Of a DNA stretch of 64,000 nucleotides, positions 30,213 to 40,532 are shown in pieces. Below the pieces are notes generated by a model. It had not been told where the DNA came from and did no database searches. It saw only the letters and a program-made list of their open reading frames with translations. Where the stretch lies: contig FR890815.1 of NCBI GenBank assembly GCA_000433035.1, positions 21,800 through 85,799 on the forward strand. Direction: 5' to 3'. The first letter of the stretch is position 1; each line of letters opens with the position of its first letter. A program made the position numbers and the translations under genes. Source of the DNA: Staphylococcus sp. CAG:324. Its GTDB lineage: Bacteria > Bacillota_I > Bacilli_A > ML615J-28 > CAG-313.

Positions 30213-30917
30213 ATGAAAAAAGTTATCAGATTTATATCAATGTTTATCGTCTTAACCTTTACACTTGTTATTTCAGGATGTAAAGAGGAAAGACCAACAT
30301 TTGATAAAAAGAATTTTACTGAAAATGGGGAAGTAGTTGTTGAAGTCAAAGAAGGATATACATTTGTAGGATATCTCAAAAATGATATAGATAATAAGAC
30401 TGCTATTCTATATTTACCAGGATCAACTATTCCTCAAGGTGAATATGAAATTATATTTGTAGAAGATAGTAAAGTAAATCAAACAACAAAGGTCTATTCT
30501 TATCCTGAAATAGCAAATGATGGATTAACTTTTGCTGGATGGTATACAACAAATGATTTCCAAAAAGGTACAAGAGTTTCGACTAATAATAATCAAAGTG
30601 CCAATATTTTGTATGCAAGATATATCACATTTGCTGATGCATGCTTGGTTGCTCTTGTATGTATATTAATTGTATTTTTGATGCTTGCACTTCTTTGGGG
30701 TGTTGTTTCACTATTTAAATATTTAGCACCAAAAACTAGTAATGAAAAAGTTAATACAAAAGAAAATAATACGATTGTAAATACCCCTAAAAAAGTTTTT
30801 ACAATGGCAGATATTACTGATGATGATATGATGGTTGCCACACTTGTAGCGACGATTGCATATCGTAATGAAACACATGAGAATGTTAGAGTTGTTTCGG
30901 TTAAACAAATAGGATAA
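30213..30917 (+). CDS. OadG-family gamma subunit of a Na+-pumping decarboxylase, with an N-terminal lipoprotein-like extension
   Basis: The central TM (LVALVCILIVFLMLALLWGVVSLF) resembles the OadG anchor. N-terminal signal with lipobox VISGC. Positioned between the alpha and biotin carrier genes. Confidence 0.5.
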   Translation: MKKVIRFISMFIVLTFTLVISGCKEERPTFDKKNFTENGEVVVEVKEGYTFVGYLKNDIDNKTAILYLPGSTIPQGEYEIIFVEDSKVNQTTKVYSYPEIANDGLTFAGWYTTNDFQKGTRVSTNNNQSANILYARYITFADACLVALVCILIVFLMLALLWGVVSLFKYLAPKTSNEKVNTKENNTIVNTPKKVFTMADITDDDMMVATLVATIAYRNETHENVRVVSVKQIG

Positions 30918-30928
30918 GGAGAAAAAAC

Positions 30929-31285
30929 ATGAAAGTTTATAAAGTTAAAGTAAATGGTAAGGTTTACGAAGTAGAAGTAGAAAGTGTTACTGAAAGTAAT
31001 GCTACAATTACTACCCCTTCTAAAGCACCAGTAACAGAAGAAAAAAGTACTCCAGTTGTATCAAATGGTGCAGGTACAGATTTAAAAGCTCCAATGGCTG
31101 GTACTATTTTAGATGTGAAAGTTAAAGTAGGAGATAGCGTAAATGTTGGTGATGTTATTTGTATTTTAGAGGCTATGAAACTTGAAAATGAAGTTGTTGC
31201 AGATACGGCTGGTGTGATTCGATCCATTGCTGTTTCTAAAGGCGATTCAGTTCAAAATGGTCAACTTTTAGTAGTAATTGGGTAA
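30929..31285 (+). CDS. Biotin carboxyl carrier (biotinyl domain) subunit
   Basis: Biotinyl-lysine motif ILEAMKLEN inside a Gly/Val-rich hammerhead fold. Pro/Thr-rich linker. Confidence 0.85.
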   Translation: MKVYKVKVNGKVYEVEVESVTESNATITTPSKAPVTEEKSTPVVSNGAGTDLKAPMAGTILDVKVKVGDSVNVGDVICILEAMKLENEVVADTAGVIRSIAVSKGDSVQNGQLLVVIG

Positions 31286-31291
31286 TAATTT

Positions 31292-32464
31292 ATGATTGGT
31301 GAATTATTTAAAAATTTCTTTGGCCAAATGGGATTTTTAGATAATGGTTCATTTAATGCTACAAGTTTCTTGTTAAGATTAATTATGATTTTGGTTGCAT
31401 GTTTATTAATATATCTTGCAATTACCAAAGGTTTCGAACCATATTTATTAATTCCTATTGGAGTTGGTATGTTGCTTGTTAATTTAGCGCCAGCTCTATA
31501 TAATGATGGTACAAATGGTGAATCTTTAGGACTATTATATTCATTCCATAAAGGAATTGAATGGGAAATTTTTCCACCACTGATTTTTCTTGGAATTGGA
31601 GCAACTACTGATTTTGGACCACTCATTTCACGTCCTAGTAGTTTACTTTTAGGAGCAGCTGCTCAACTTGGTATTTTTATTACCTTTTTAGGTGCAATCC
31701 TTTTTGGTTTCAATGCGTTAGAGGCTTCATCAATTGGTATCATTGGTGGTGCTGATGGACCTACTGCTATTTTCTTATCAAATAAGTTATTAACAGGTGC
31801 AGATGGTGGTGCAATGTTATGTGCTTCGATTGCGGTTGTTGCCTATTCCTATATGGCATTAGTACCCGTTATTCAACCACCTATTATTAAGGCTCTTACT
31901 AGTAAAAAAGAACGTCAAATTAAAATGGTTGAATCAAGAGTGGTTTCAAGAAGAGAAAAAATTATTTTTCCGATTGCTGTAATGGTTATTGTTATTATTT
32001 TAATTCCATCATGTGCAGCTTTAATTGGAATGCTTATGCTTGGAAATTTGATTAAAGAATCTGGTGTTGTTCCGAATTTAGTTGATGCTTCAGCTAAAAC
32101 ACTTCTTTATGTTATCACAATTATTTTGGGTCTTGCAGTAGGTGCTACCGCAATGCTTACGGAACTTAGTCAAGCCCTTAATTTTGGCTTAATTTTAGTA
32201 CTTGGTATGATTGCTTTTAGTTTTGCAACTGCCGGAGGCGTACTTGTAGGTAAAGTGATGTGTAAATTATCAAAAGGCAAGATTAATCCGATGATTGGTG
32301 CTGCAGGAGTATCAGCCGTGCCAATGGCTGCGCGAGTTGTGCATAAGATTGGTCTTGAAGAAGATAAGTCAAATTATTTATTGATGCATGCAATGGGACC
32401 AAATGTTGCAGGTGTTATTGGTAGTGCAATCGCTGCAGGTTTATTACTCAGTATCTTCGGATAA
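31292..32464 (+). CDS. Na+-translocating decarboxylase beta subunit (OadB/MmdB/GcdB family)
   Basis: Polytopic membrane protein with signature patterns IGIIGGADGPTAIF and GAAGVSAVPMAARV. Confidence 0.9.
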   Translation: MIGELFKNFFGQMGFLDNGSFNATSFLLRLIMILVACLLIYLAITKGFEPYLLIPIGVGMLLVNLAPALYNDGTNGESLGLLYSFHKGIEWEIFPPLIFLGIGATTDFGPLISRPSSLLLGAAAQLGIFITFLGAILFGFNALEASSIGIIGGADGPTAIFLSNKLLTGADGGAMLCASIAVVAYSYMALVPVIQPPIIKALTSKKERQIKMVESRVVSRREKIIFPIAVMVIVIILIPSCAALIGMLMLGNLIKESGVVPNLVDASAKTLLYVITIILGLAVGATAMLTELSQALNFGLILVLGMIAFSFATAGGVLVGKVMCKLSKGKINPMIGAAGVSAVPMAARVVHKIGLEEDKSNYLLMHAMGPNVAGVIGSAIAAGLLLSIFG

Positions 32465-32506
32465 AAACTCCTATTTATATTGAAGAATATAAATAAAAAT
32501 TCTTAT

Positions 32507-32542
32507 AAAAAAGTAAGAATTTTCGTTCTTACTTTTTTATTT
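32507..32542 (+). terminator. Strong rho-independent terminator after the decarboxylase operon
   Basis: AAAAAGTAAGAA-TTTTCG-TTCTTACTTTTT followed by TATTTT. Confidence 0.6.
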
Positions 32543-32651
32543 TACAAGATAAAATGGAAGAATCGGATCCATATTTTAAAATAAATATAATACAACAAGT
32601 ATTATTCTTTTATTTTAATAGGAGAAATGATATAATATATTTGGTGATAAA

Positions 32652-34184
32652 ATGCGTACAATTGTAACTGAATTTGAAAAAGTAATAGAAGAATTGAAAA
32701 AGCAAAATAGGTTAGATAAAAAAGCGCTTATAGAGCCTAACTTTTATTTGTCATATGAAAAATTATATAAAAATATACTTATTTTGGCGACTAAAGTGAT
32801 TGAAAAGACAAATAAAAATGAAGTTGTAGGAATTGTCACAAATAGAGGGGTTAGTACTGTTGTAGCAATGTTTGCTTGTATATATGCGAACAATCCTTAT
32901 GTAGTGATTGATGTGGAATCACCAAAACAACGAGTTAATAAAATAATAGAGGTTGCAAAACCGAAACTGATTCTAGTGGATAAGCATAATCAAAATCAAT
33001 GGGATTTTTTCCAAGATATTGCTTCCATTTGTGTTGATATAACATATAATGATGCGTGTTATGATAAATCCTTAATCAAAAAACGATTGGAGAAAATGGT
33101 ATCTATTGATCCTTTGTATGTTTTATTTACTTCAGGATCAACAGGAATACCAAAAGGAACGGTTGTTAGTCATTTAAATGTTGTTAGTTATATAGAATGG
33201 TTTAAAAATTGTTTTCAAATAAATCAAGAAACCATTTTTGCTAGTCAAACACCATTTTATTTTAGTATGTCGGTTTCAGATGTTTTTTCAACCCTTTTAT
33301 CTGGAGCCTCAATCATCATTGTGCCAAAAAGTTATTTTTCTTTTCCGGTAAAATTATTTGAAATGATGAATACATATCAAGTCAACACAATTTATTGGGT
33401 TCCTTCTGCCTATCAAATTATTTCACAAATGCATTTGCTGGATTATTGTTTACCTCAATATTTAAAACTAGCAATGTTTGCGGGAGAAGTCATGCCCGTT
33501 AAAGTTCTAAATGATTGGATGGATAAATTACCCAATGTTAAATTTGCTAATCTTTTTGGACCTACAGAAACTACTGATATTTGTACTTATTATAAAGTAG
33601 ATAGAAGATTTGTCAATGAAGAATCTTTACCAATTGGAAAAGCTTGTGAAAACTTAGAGGTATTTTTACTTAATGAAAAAAATGAATTGGTATCAGTTTA
33701 CGATAAAACAGAAGGAGAATTGTATGTAAAAGGTGCATTTGTTGCTATGGGGTATTACAATAATCCACAAAAAACTTCTGAAGCTTTTGTTCAAAATCCA
33801 CTGAATCCTCATTATAGTGAAATTGTTTATAAAACCGGTGATATATGTAAATACAATGATAAACAAGAATTGATCTATTTGTGCCGTAAAGATTTTCAAA
33901 TCAAACATATGGGATATCGTATTGAACTTGGAGAAATTGAAACACTTTGTAATTCGTTAGATGGAATACAAAATGCTTTTTGTTTATATGATTCTTCATT
34001 AGATGAAATTATTTGTTGTTATGTAGGAACAATGGATACAAATGAATTGATATCGCAATTGAAAATAAAGATGCCATATTATATGTTGCCATCAAGGTAT
34101 GAAAAACTATCAATAATTCAATTGAATCAAAATGGTAAAATTGATCGACATTTTTATCAAGAAAAATATAGTTTAAATAGATAG
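32652..34184 (+). CDS. dltA: D-alanine--D-alanyl carrier protein ligase
   Basis: Adenylation-domain motifs (LFTSGSTGIPKG, YKTGD, lysine near the C-terminus). Followed by the carrier protein, MBOAT and DltD genes. Confidence 0.85.
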   Translation: MRTIVTEFEKVIEELKKQNRLDKKALIEPNFYLSYEKLYKNILILATKVIEKTNKNEVVGIVTNRGVSTVVAMFACIYANNPYVVIDVESPKQRVNKIIEVAKPKLILVDKHNQNQWDFFQDIASICVDITYNDACYDKSLIKKRLEKMVSIDPLYVLFTSGSTGIPKGTVVSHLNVVSYIEWFKNCFQINQETIFASQTPFYFSMSVSDVFSTLLSGASIIIVPKSYFSFPVKLFEMMNTYQVNTIYWVPSAYQIISQMHLLDYCLPQYLKLAMFAGEVMPVKVLNDWMDKLPNVKFANLFGPTETTDICTYYKVDRRFVNEESLPIGKACENLEVFLLNEKNELVSVYDKTEGELYVKGAFVAMGYYNNPQKTSEAFVQNPLNPHYSEIVYKTGDICKYNDKQELIYLCRKDFQIKHMGYRIELGEIETLCNSLDGIQNAFCLYDSSLDEIICCYVGTMDTNELISQLKIKMPYYMLPSRYEKLSIIQLNQNGKIDRHFYQEKYSLNR

Positions 34185-34196
34185 GAGAAGGCTATT

Positions 34197-34427
34197 ATGA
34201 GAAAAACATTATTAGATATTTTAAATGATGTAAAATCAGGAATTGATTATGAAAAAGAACAACATCTAGTTAGTGAACAAATTTTAACTAGTATGGAAAT
34301 TGTAATGCTTATTATGAAAATCTCTGATGAATTTGATATTACAATTTCACCGCTTGATATTGTACCAGAGAATTTTGAGTCACTAGATGCTATTTTAAAA
34401 CTGATTAACAAAATTCAAGAAGAATAA
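34197..34427 (+). CDS. dltC: D-alanyl carrier protein
   Basis: 76 aa. Phosphopantetheine-attachment serine context LTSMEIVMLI. Confidence 0.75.
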   Translation: MRKTLLDILNDVKSGIDYEKEQHLVSEQILTSMEIVMLIMKISDEFDITISPLDIVPENFESLDAILKLINKIQEE

Positions 34428-34428
34428 T

Positions 34429-35976
34429 ATGAAGGCATATGAGCAACTGATATATTTAGTTATATTTGCAACAATTGTATATCTTTTCTACATGATTTTT
34501 TTCAAGAAATATCGATATATTGTATTAATTGTAGGAAGTTTAATTTTATTATTTGTGGCTAGCAAATTTATGGGATTTTTTGTAATTTTAAGTTCGTTAA
34601 TTGTCTATGTATTTGCTTTAATAATCAGTAATCGTACTGAAAAAACGAATCAAAAAAAGGATTTTTTAGAAAAAGAGGAATTTAAAAAATTAAAACAAGA
34701 AACTAAAAAAGTGAACAAACGCTATTTATCTATAGGGTTGATATTAAATTTAGGATTATTAATCGGTCTAAAATATGTAAATTTTTTTGATAGTTTTTTA
34801 AATAATGTCTTTGGTTTTTTGCAATTAGAATTAGAAATTCCATATTTAAATATTTTGTTACCAATTGGTATCAGTTATTATACCCTTTCGAATACGGGTT
34901 ATTTAATAGATGTGTATCGTTCGAAATATCAAGCTAGTAAAAATTATTTGGATGTTTTATTATTCACTAGTTATTTTCCTTGCCTTTTAGAAGGACCAAT
35001 TTCTCATTATGATTACGTATTGCCACAATTAAAAGAAGGACATTCTTTTCGTTTTGATAATTTTAAAAGAGGCGTTTTATGCATTCTTGTAGGATTATTT
35101 AAAAAAATAGTCATTGCCGATCGTTTATCCATTTTAGTTGTTGCTTGTTTTGATAAAGAGTTGACAGGACCTATTTTAATTTTAGGTATAATTGGGTTTA
35201 CTTTTCAATTATATGCTGAATTTTCTGGTATAATTGATATGGTACGCGGAATATCAAAAATGTACGGAATTGAGATTGAAAAAAATTTTGAACAACCATT
35301 TTTTTCATCATCAGTGGGAGAATTTTGGCGTCGCTGGCATATTAGTCTTGGAACTTGGTTTAAAGAATATGTTTTTTATCCACTTTCTATGTCAAAGTTC
35401 CTAAATTTTCTTTGTAAAAAATTAAAAGGCAAAGTACCTAAATTTTGGGAAACTTTTATTCCTAGTTGTATCGTTCTTTTTGTCGTTTGGTCTTTAACCG
35501 GTCTTTGGCATGGAGCTAGTTGGAAATATTTAGGATATGGATTATATTATTATTTTATAATGATGCTAGAAACAGTCTTTTCTTTCCTTTTTAAAAAGAA
35601 AAAAACTTCTCATGTTTTTATTCGATTTTTAAAGATAATAAAAACCTTTATTTTAGTTAATATTGGAATGCTTATTTTTAGATGCAATCGTTTAACTGAT
35701 GTAGGAATGTATATAATGCGTATTTTTCAACCAAATAGCCAATCATTCAATGAGGTTTTTGCCATTCATGAACTGATTATTTCTATTCTTGCTTTAACCA
35801 TTTTATTGATTTTTGAATATTTGCAAACGAAAAAAATAGTAATTCAAGATTACCTTTTTAAAATGCCGATTTTTGCTAGATATAGTGCTTATTTGATCTT
35901 AATTTTTAGTATTATTATTTTTGGTGCATATGGACTTGGGTATTTACCACCTGATCCAATTTATGGAGGTTTTTAA
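34429..35976 (+). CDS. dltB: D-alanyl transfer protein DltB (MBOAT family)
   Basis: Polytopic MBOAT with conserved His region (WRRWHISLGTWFKEYVFYP, WHG). Confidence 0.85.
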   Translation: MKAYEQLIYLVIFATIVYLFYMIFFKKYRYIVLIVGSLILLFVASKFMGFFVILSSLIVYVFALIISNRTEKTNQKKDFLEKEEFKKLKQETKKVNKRYLSIGLILNLGLLIGLKYVNFFDSFLNNVFGFLQLELEIPYLNILLPIGISYYTLSNTGYLIDVYRSKYQASKNYLDVLLFTSYFPCLLEGPISHYDYVLPQLKEGHSFRFDNFKRGVLCILVGLFKKIVIADRLSILVVACFDKELTGPILILGIIGFTFQLYAEFSGIIDMVRGISKMYGIEIEKNFEQPFFSSSVGEFWRRWHISLGTWFKEYVFYPLSMSKFLNFLCKKLKGKVPKFWETFIPSCIVLFVVWSLTGLWHGASWKYLGYGLYYYFIMMLETVFSFLFKKKKTSHVFIRFLKIIKTFILVNIGMLIFRCNRLTDVGMYIMRIFQPNSQSFNEVFAIHELIISILALTILLIFEYLQTKKIVIQDYLFKMPIFARYSAYLILIFSIIIFGAYGLGYLPPDPIYGGF

Positions 35977-35977
35977 G

Positions 35978-36949
35978 ATGAAGTTTTGGAAAAGAAGTAT
36001 CCTTTTTATTTCTATGTTTTTGTTTGTATATATAGCATTATGCTTCATCTTCACACCAAAGACAAGAACTGATAAAGGGGGAAAACAATTTTATGCGGGA
36101 AGAGGATTTGAAGCAGAGGCGAAAGACACCATTGAAGTTGTAGGACTTGGCAATAGTGATTTATATAGTGGCATCAATCCGTTAGAATTATATCGCCAAT
36201 ACAACATTACTGCTTATTCTTGTGGGATTGCTAAATGTTCTACTGCTGCTTCGTATCGTTTATTGCGAGATATTTTAAAAAAACATCAAATCAAAATCTG
36301 TTTAATTGAAACTGATTTTTTGTATAATCGATTAGGACTTGCTGAATATGTTCAAGCGTTTGCTAAACTTCAGTTTTTAGCAGCTCCATTTATTTATCAT
36401 TCAAGATGGAAAAATTTAACATGGAAAGATTTCACTCAATTGCCCAATTTAAATGATAATTATGATCCTTTTAAAGGCTTTATGTATTCATCTAAAGTAT
36501 TTGATTATAAATTAACAGATTATATGGGAAATATCCATGATGAAGCTTTACCAATACCTAATGAAAATATCAAATATTTAGATAAAATTAGAAAATTATG
36601 TGAAAAAGAAAATATCAAGATTTTATTTATTGAATTACCATCACCATCATCATGGTCTTATGCCAAAAGTTATGGTGTAAAAAAATATGCAGATAAATAT
36701 AACATTGATTTTATTGATTATAATGTGAATCCAGAATACATTCATTTTGATTTTAATCGAGATTTTAGGGATAAAGGCAATCATTTAAATGTCTATGGTT
36801 CCATAAAGGTAGCTAAACATTTAGGGAAAATCCTTTTAGACTATCAGGTCTTGACGATTCATCCTAATAATAGTCAATTTTGGCAAGCAGAATTGAAAAT
36901 GTATGAGGATAGGCTAAAACGAGATGGGATTAAAGTGGATAATGTATGA
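35978..36949 (+). CDS. dltD: D-alanyl-lipoteichoic acid biosynthesis protein DltD
   Basis: Start set at the ATG at 35978 after GGAGG (the ORF track's upstream extension has no RBS). N-terminal TM plus SGNH-like domain (GNSDLYSG). Confidence 0.8.
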   Translation: MKFWKRSILFISMFLFVYIALCFIFTPKTRTDKGGKQFYAGRGFEAEAKDTIEVVGLGNSDLYSGINPLELYRQYNITAYSCGIAKCSTAASYRLLRDILKKHQIKICLIETDFLYNRLGLAEYVQAFAKLQFLAAPFIYHSRWKNLTWKDFTQLPNLNDNYDPFKGFMYSSKVFDYKLTDYMGNIHDEALPIPNENIKYLDKIRKLCEKENIKILFIELPSPSSWSYAKSYGVKKYADKYNIDFIDYNVNPEYIHFDFNRDFRDKGNHLNVYGSIKVAKHLGKILLDYQVLTIHPNNSQFWQAELKMYEDRLKRDGIKVDNV

Positions 36950-37054
36950 TTAAATCATAGTTAAAATGGAGAAACACTTTGGATGCAAAAAATAATCTAA
37001 TGCGTTTGTGTTTTGAAAGAGGCGAGTTGAGTCAAATGAAATAAAAAAGATAAG

Positions 37055-37090
37055 AAAAGGTTAGAAATCAATCTAACCTTTTTGTTTTTA
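37055..37090 (+). terminator. Rho-independent terminator downstream of the dlt operon
   Basis: AAAAGGTTAGA-AATCAA-TCTAACCTTTT followed by TGTTTTTATTT. Confidence 0.5.
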
Positions 37091-37378
37091 TTTGAGTTTA
37101 TATAGGAAAAAATTAAAAAATAAAAATGACCATAAAAAAACACTGGTATGCAAAAGTATACCTTTACATACTAATATATTCACTAATAAAAAATATTATT
37201 ACTATAATTATTTTAACAAATAAAGGTTAATTTTGTCAAATAATATGGTTAATTTTGATTAATATTGTACATTTTAATATTTATATTGCGTGTTAAAAAG
37301 GTATAGGATTAACATCTAATAAAATATTCTAAAAAATAAATTAAAATACGCTTTTTTCGTCTTTTTTTTGGTGACTAT

Positions 37379-37855
37379 ATGAAAAAATATTCAAATGATA
37401 AAGGATATACACTCATTGAATTGGTTGTAAGTATTGCAATTATTGCAATTCTTTTGTCAATGATTGCGGTAATTACCAATTCCTTTTATAAAAGTTATCG
37501 AGCATCTTATGCGGAAAATAAAAGAGTAGAAGAAAAAAATTATGTGATTACTCAATTTGAAAATATGATTGAAGATGCGAATCAAAATGCTAAAGAACTC
37601 AGCATTGAAAATGATGTAAGCTTAACCAAATGGTCTGTAAGATTAGATAACAAAATAATTTTTTCATATGATCAGGCTAGTAGTAGTATGTATAATGCTA
37701 ATGGAAGTTTAATTAAAACATTTGAAAAAATTAAAAATATTACAATACATCAATATACACAATCGGGTATTTTAATAGAAATATATTTAGATAATGAGGA
37801 AAAAGAAACATGGATTAAAAATATTATTCATGTGAATGAAAAGAAGGAAGTATGA
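37379..37855 (+). CDS. Type IV pilin / pseudopilin-like protein (prepilin-type N-terminal cleavage/methylation domain)
   Basis: Class III signal NDKG|YTLIELVVSIAIIAILL with Glu at +5. Confidence 0.7.
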   Translation: MKKYSNDKGYTLIELVVSIAIIAILLSMIAVITNSFYKSYRASYAENKRVEEKNYVITQFENMIEDANQNAKELSIENDVSLTKWSVRLDNKIIFSYDQASSSMYNANGSLIKTFEKIKNITIHQYTQSGILIEIYLDNEEKETWIKNIIHVNEKKEV

Positions 37856-38823
37856 AAAAAAAGATTTTCTGTTTAGTAACTAACGATAAAGATCATTATA
37901 GGATTAAGATGACATGTTGTGTTCAAACATTATCTAAGAAAAAAGTAATCGAAACACTAAATTATAAAATTTCCATCAGTGATATGGATAATGAGTTTAC
38001 TAAAGAGTTAATTTTTAACGATTTAAAAAGACTTCATTTCAAAAAGGCTCAAATTATCATAGGATTAAATCTTTCTGATATTTTTATTGAAAAAATTAGA
38101 ATACCAAATTTAAATAGTATAGATGCGAAAAAAACATTGGCTTTAGAAATCAAAAAGTTATATGGTAGTGATTTTAACAATACCTATATATATGCGAAAA
38201 CCAAATATAGGCTGAACAAACATATTTTAGATTATTATTATACAATTTGTAAAAAGAATATCTATCAACAGATTATAGGTTTGTTTTCTAAATTACAATT
38301 AAAAATAGTAAAAGTGCAGTATATCCCTTATGCACTAAAGCAATATTTATGCATGAAAAAAGTTTTTATCAAAAATAGTTTTAGTATGTTTATCCATATT
38401 GACAAACAACAAACTATAATTCTTATTGGGAAGAACGATGTTCTCCTAAATAATTCTATTGTACAACTAGGTACTGATTATTTGAATGAATTATTGGTAT
38501 CTAGTGTACCTAATAATCAATTATTTAGCAATATCGAGGAAAATAAATTAGAAGAAATGGTTCAAATATTTCTTCAAAAAATAAATATTGAATTAAAAAA
38601 AATTCTTTATTTATCACAAGTAGAAATTGACAAGTATTATTTAAATGTTGAAGCTGATGCGTTGGCCCTTTTGATTAAAAAGGTAATAGAACAGGAGTTA
38701 AACATAACGATTTCAGATTTGAAACTAGTAGACAAGCAAGACTTCTTGCTTCAAAGTTTAAAGATACATCATACTTTTATTGTATCTAATCATGATTTTA
38801 AGTTTCAGGTTAAAGTAAAATGA
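37852..38823 (+). CDS. Hypothetical pilus-locus protein (possibly a degenerate PilM-like assembly protein)
   Basis: No clear motifs. Embedded in the pilin gene run with overlapping start and stop. Confidence 0.4.
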   Translation: MKKKIFCLVTNDKDHYRIKMTCCVQTLSKKKVIETLNYKISISDMDNEFTKELIFNDLKRLHFKKAQIIIGLNLSDIFIEKIRIPNLNSIDAKKTLALEIKKLYGSDFNNTYIYAKTKYRLNKHILDYYYTICKKNIYQQIIGLFSKLQLKIVKVQYIPYALKQYLCMKKVFIKNSFSMFIHIDKQQTIILIGKNDVLLNNSIVQLGTDYLNELLVSSVPNNQLFSNIEENKLEEMVQIFLQKINIELKKILYLSQVEIDKYYLNVEADALALLIKKVIEQELNITISDLKLVDKQDFLLQSLKIHHTFIVSNHDFKFQVKVK

Positions 38824-39254
38824 AAAGTAATAAAGGCGATACATTAGTAGAAGTTTTAGTATCAATTGTTGTGTTGGCAATTATTTTTATAAGTAGTGGC
38901 CAGATGATTTTGTCAATTAAAAAAACCCAAAGAAATATTGAAAAAACAACAAATATGGTTTTAGAACTAGAAAAAATATTGGAGATATTTACCATTGAAC
39001 CACAAACTTTTAATGAAAGATTGGAAATAATATATCCTGTTGTTCAAGCTAATCATTTTCTTTATTTGTATTATGATAGCCAATTTAATATATCCAAAAA
39101 GGTTACTGATAACTATTTTATCATAGATGTAAAGGAAATCACATCTGATGATCAAATAACAAGATATTTTGCAATAGAAGTAAGAATTTATGTCAATCAT
39201 GAAGAATATCCGTTAGATCAAAAATGTTTAGAAAGAACTATTTGTGTAGAATAA
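38820..39254 (+). CDS. Minor pilin-like protein (prepilin-type N-terminus)
   Basis: SNKG|DTLVEVLVSIVVLAI class III signal. Confidence 0.65.
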   Translation: MKSNKGDTLVEVLVSIVVLAIIFISSGQMILSIKKTQRNIEKTTNMVLELEKILEIFTIEPQTFNERLEIIYPVVQANHFLYLYYDSQFNISKKVTDNYFIIDVKEITSDDQITRYFAIEVRIYVNHEEYPLDQKCLERTICVE

Positions 39255-39264
39255 AAGGTATGAT

Positions 39265-39684
39265 ATGAAAAAAAGAATGTTAGATAATAGAGGGGCATCT
39301 TTATATATAACACTGCTAGTTGTTATTGTTTTAGTATTTTTATCTATGTCACTATTGATAACTATTCATACTTCATCACAAAAACTGAATGCAAATACGA
39401 AAGAACAATTGTTAAAGTTAGAGTTAGAAAATGTTGCATATGAATATTTGAATCAATTATCTTTAGAAGATCTTGCTTTATTAGAAGTTGATATTTCATG
39501 TGAATTTGAATATACAACGCATTATCAAATTGTTGTAACTAGACTTCAAACCACGCATGAATTTCATTTTATTATTCAAAAAATAAATACTAAATTAAAA
39601 TTTCAAATTCAAGTGCAGTTTCAAATATCCGAAAATAGAATAACAAGTTATCACCTTATGAAAAAGGGCTATGTATATGATTAA
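39265..39684 (+). CDS. Pilus minor component-like protein (ComGG/PilX-like N-terminus, non-canonical)
   Basis: N-terminal hydrophobic helix after NRGAS but no Glu+5. Position within the pilin run. Confidence 0.4.
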   Translation: MKKRMLDNRGASLYITLLVVIVLVFLSMSLLITIHTSSQKLNANTKEQLLKLELENVAYEYLNQLSLEDLALLEVDISCEFEYTTHYQIVVTRLQTTHEFHFIIQKINTKLKFQIQVQFQISENRITSYHLMKKGYVYD

Positions 39685-40519
39685 ACATTTATTGTTAATA
39701 AGTTCCACTAAAGAATTGATAAAAGAATCCTTTTGGTTGTATGCTTTAGTTATTACATTTTATTTGCTTTTCTTTGTAGCAATCGGTAGTTTTTTAAATG
39801 TTCTCATTTATAGACTACCTAAAAAAATGTCAATTATTAAGAAATCATCCCATTGTCCACTTTGTGGTTACAAAATAAAATGGTATGAAAATATTCCTAT
39901 TTTCTCCTATCTTTTTTTAAGAGGGAGATGTCATCACTGTCAAGAAAAAATTAATATAAGATATGTTATTGTGGAAGTTTTAGGATTGCTAGTTGCAATT
40001 GTTTCACTAATAAGATTTGATTTATCTTATACAAGTATTGTAGTAACGCTGCTTTTAGAGATTTTTATCGCTATCTTTTTCATTGATAAAGATGAGTTGA
40101 TTATTCCCGATTCATTAAATATAGCAGTAGCGGTTTTAGGACTTTTATCAATCATAATGGCTGATATTACTAGTTTAAATCATGAATATACAATTGATTA
40201 TAGTGATAAATTTTTATCCTTACTTGTCAATATCATCATTATTGGTATTTTTTACATTATACAAAAAATAATTCGAAAACCTGTAATTGGTGGCGGTGAC
40301 TTAAAATTATTTTTAGGAATAGGTCTTTTTATGGGATGGCAATTAGAGATTTTAGGATTAGTTATTGCTTGCATCATTGGAGCAGGTGTTGAACTTATTT
40401 TTTCTAAAAAATTAAATAGAAAAATAGTGCCTTTTGGTCCTTATCTTGTCATTGGTTTTACAATTAGTTTATTTTTTGGTCCTGATTTAATTTTGTGGTA
40501 TTTGCATTTGTTTCAATAA
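39671..40519 (+). CDS. Prepilin peptidase (A24 family, PilD/ComC-like)
   Basis: N-terminal tetracysteine CPLCG...CHHCQ. Polytopic membrane. Catalytic Asp contexts (IPDSL, GGGDLKL). Confidence 0.85.
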   Translation: MYMIKHLLLISSTKELIKESFWLYALVITFYLLFFVAIGSFLNVLIYRLPKKMSIIKKSSHCPLCGYKIKWYENIPIFSYLFLRGRCHHCQEKINIRYVIVEVLGLLVAIVSLIRFDLSYTSIVVTLLLEIFIAIFFIDKDELIIPDSLNIAVAVLGLLSIIMADITSLNHEYTIDYSDKFLSLLVNIIIIGIFYIIQKIIRKPVIGGGDLKLFLGIGLFMGWQLEILGLVIACIIGAGVELIFSKKLNRKIVPFGPYLVIGFTISLFFGPDLILWYLHLFQ

Positions 40520-40532
40520 AAGGAGGGAAAAG

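Noticed and set aside
36950-37378. 429-nt intergenic region upstream of the pilus operon, examined for mobile-element ends or an RNA gene
   Set aside because: Only a terminator hairpin (37055-37090) and AT-rich promoter-like sequence were seen. Several TTGnnn/TAnnnT promoter candidates exist, but none could be assigned confidently.
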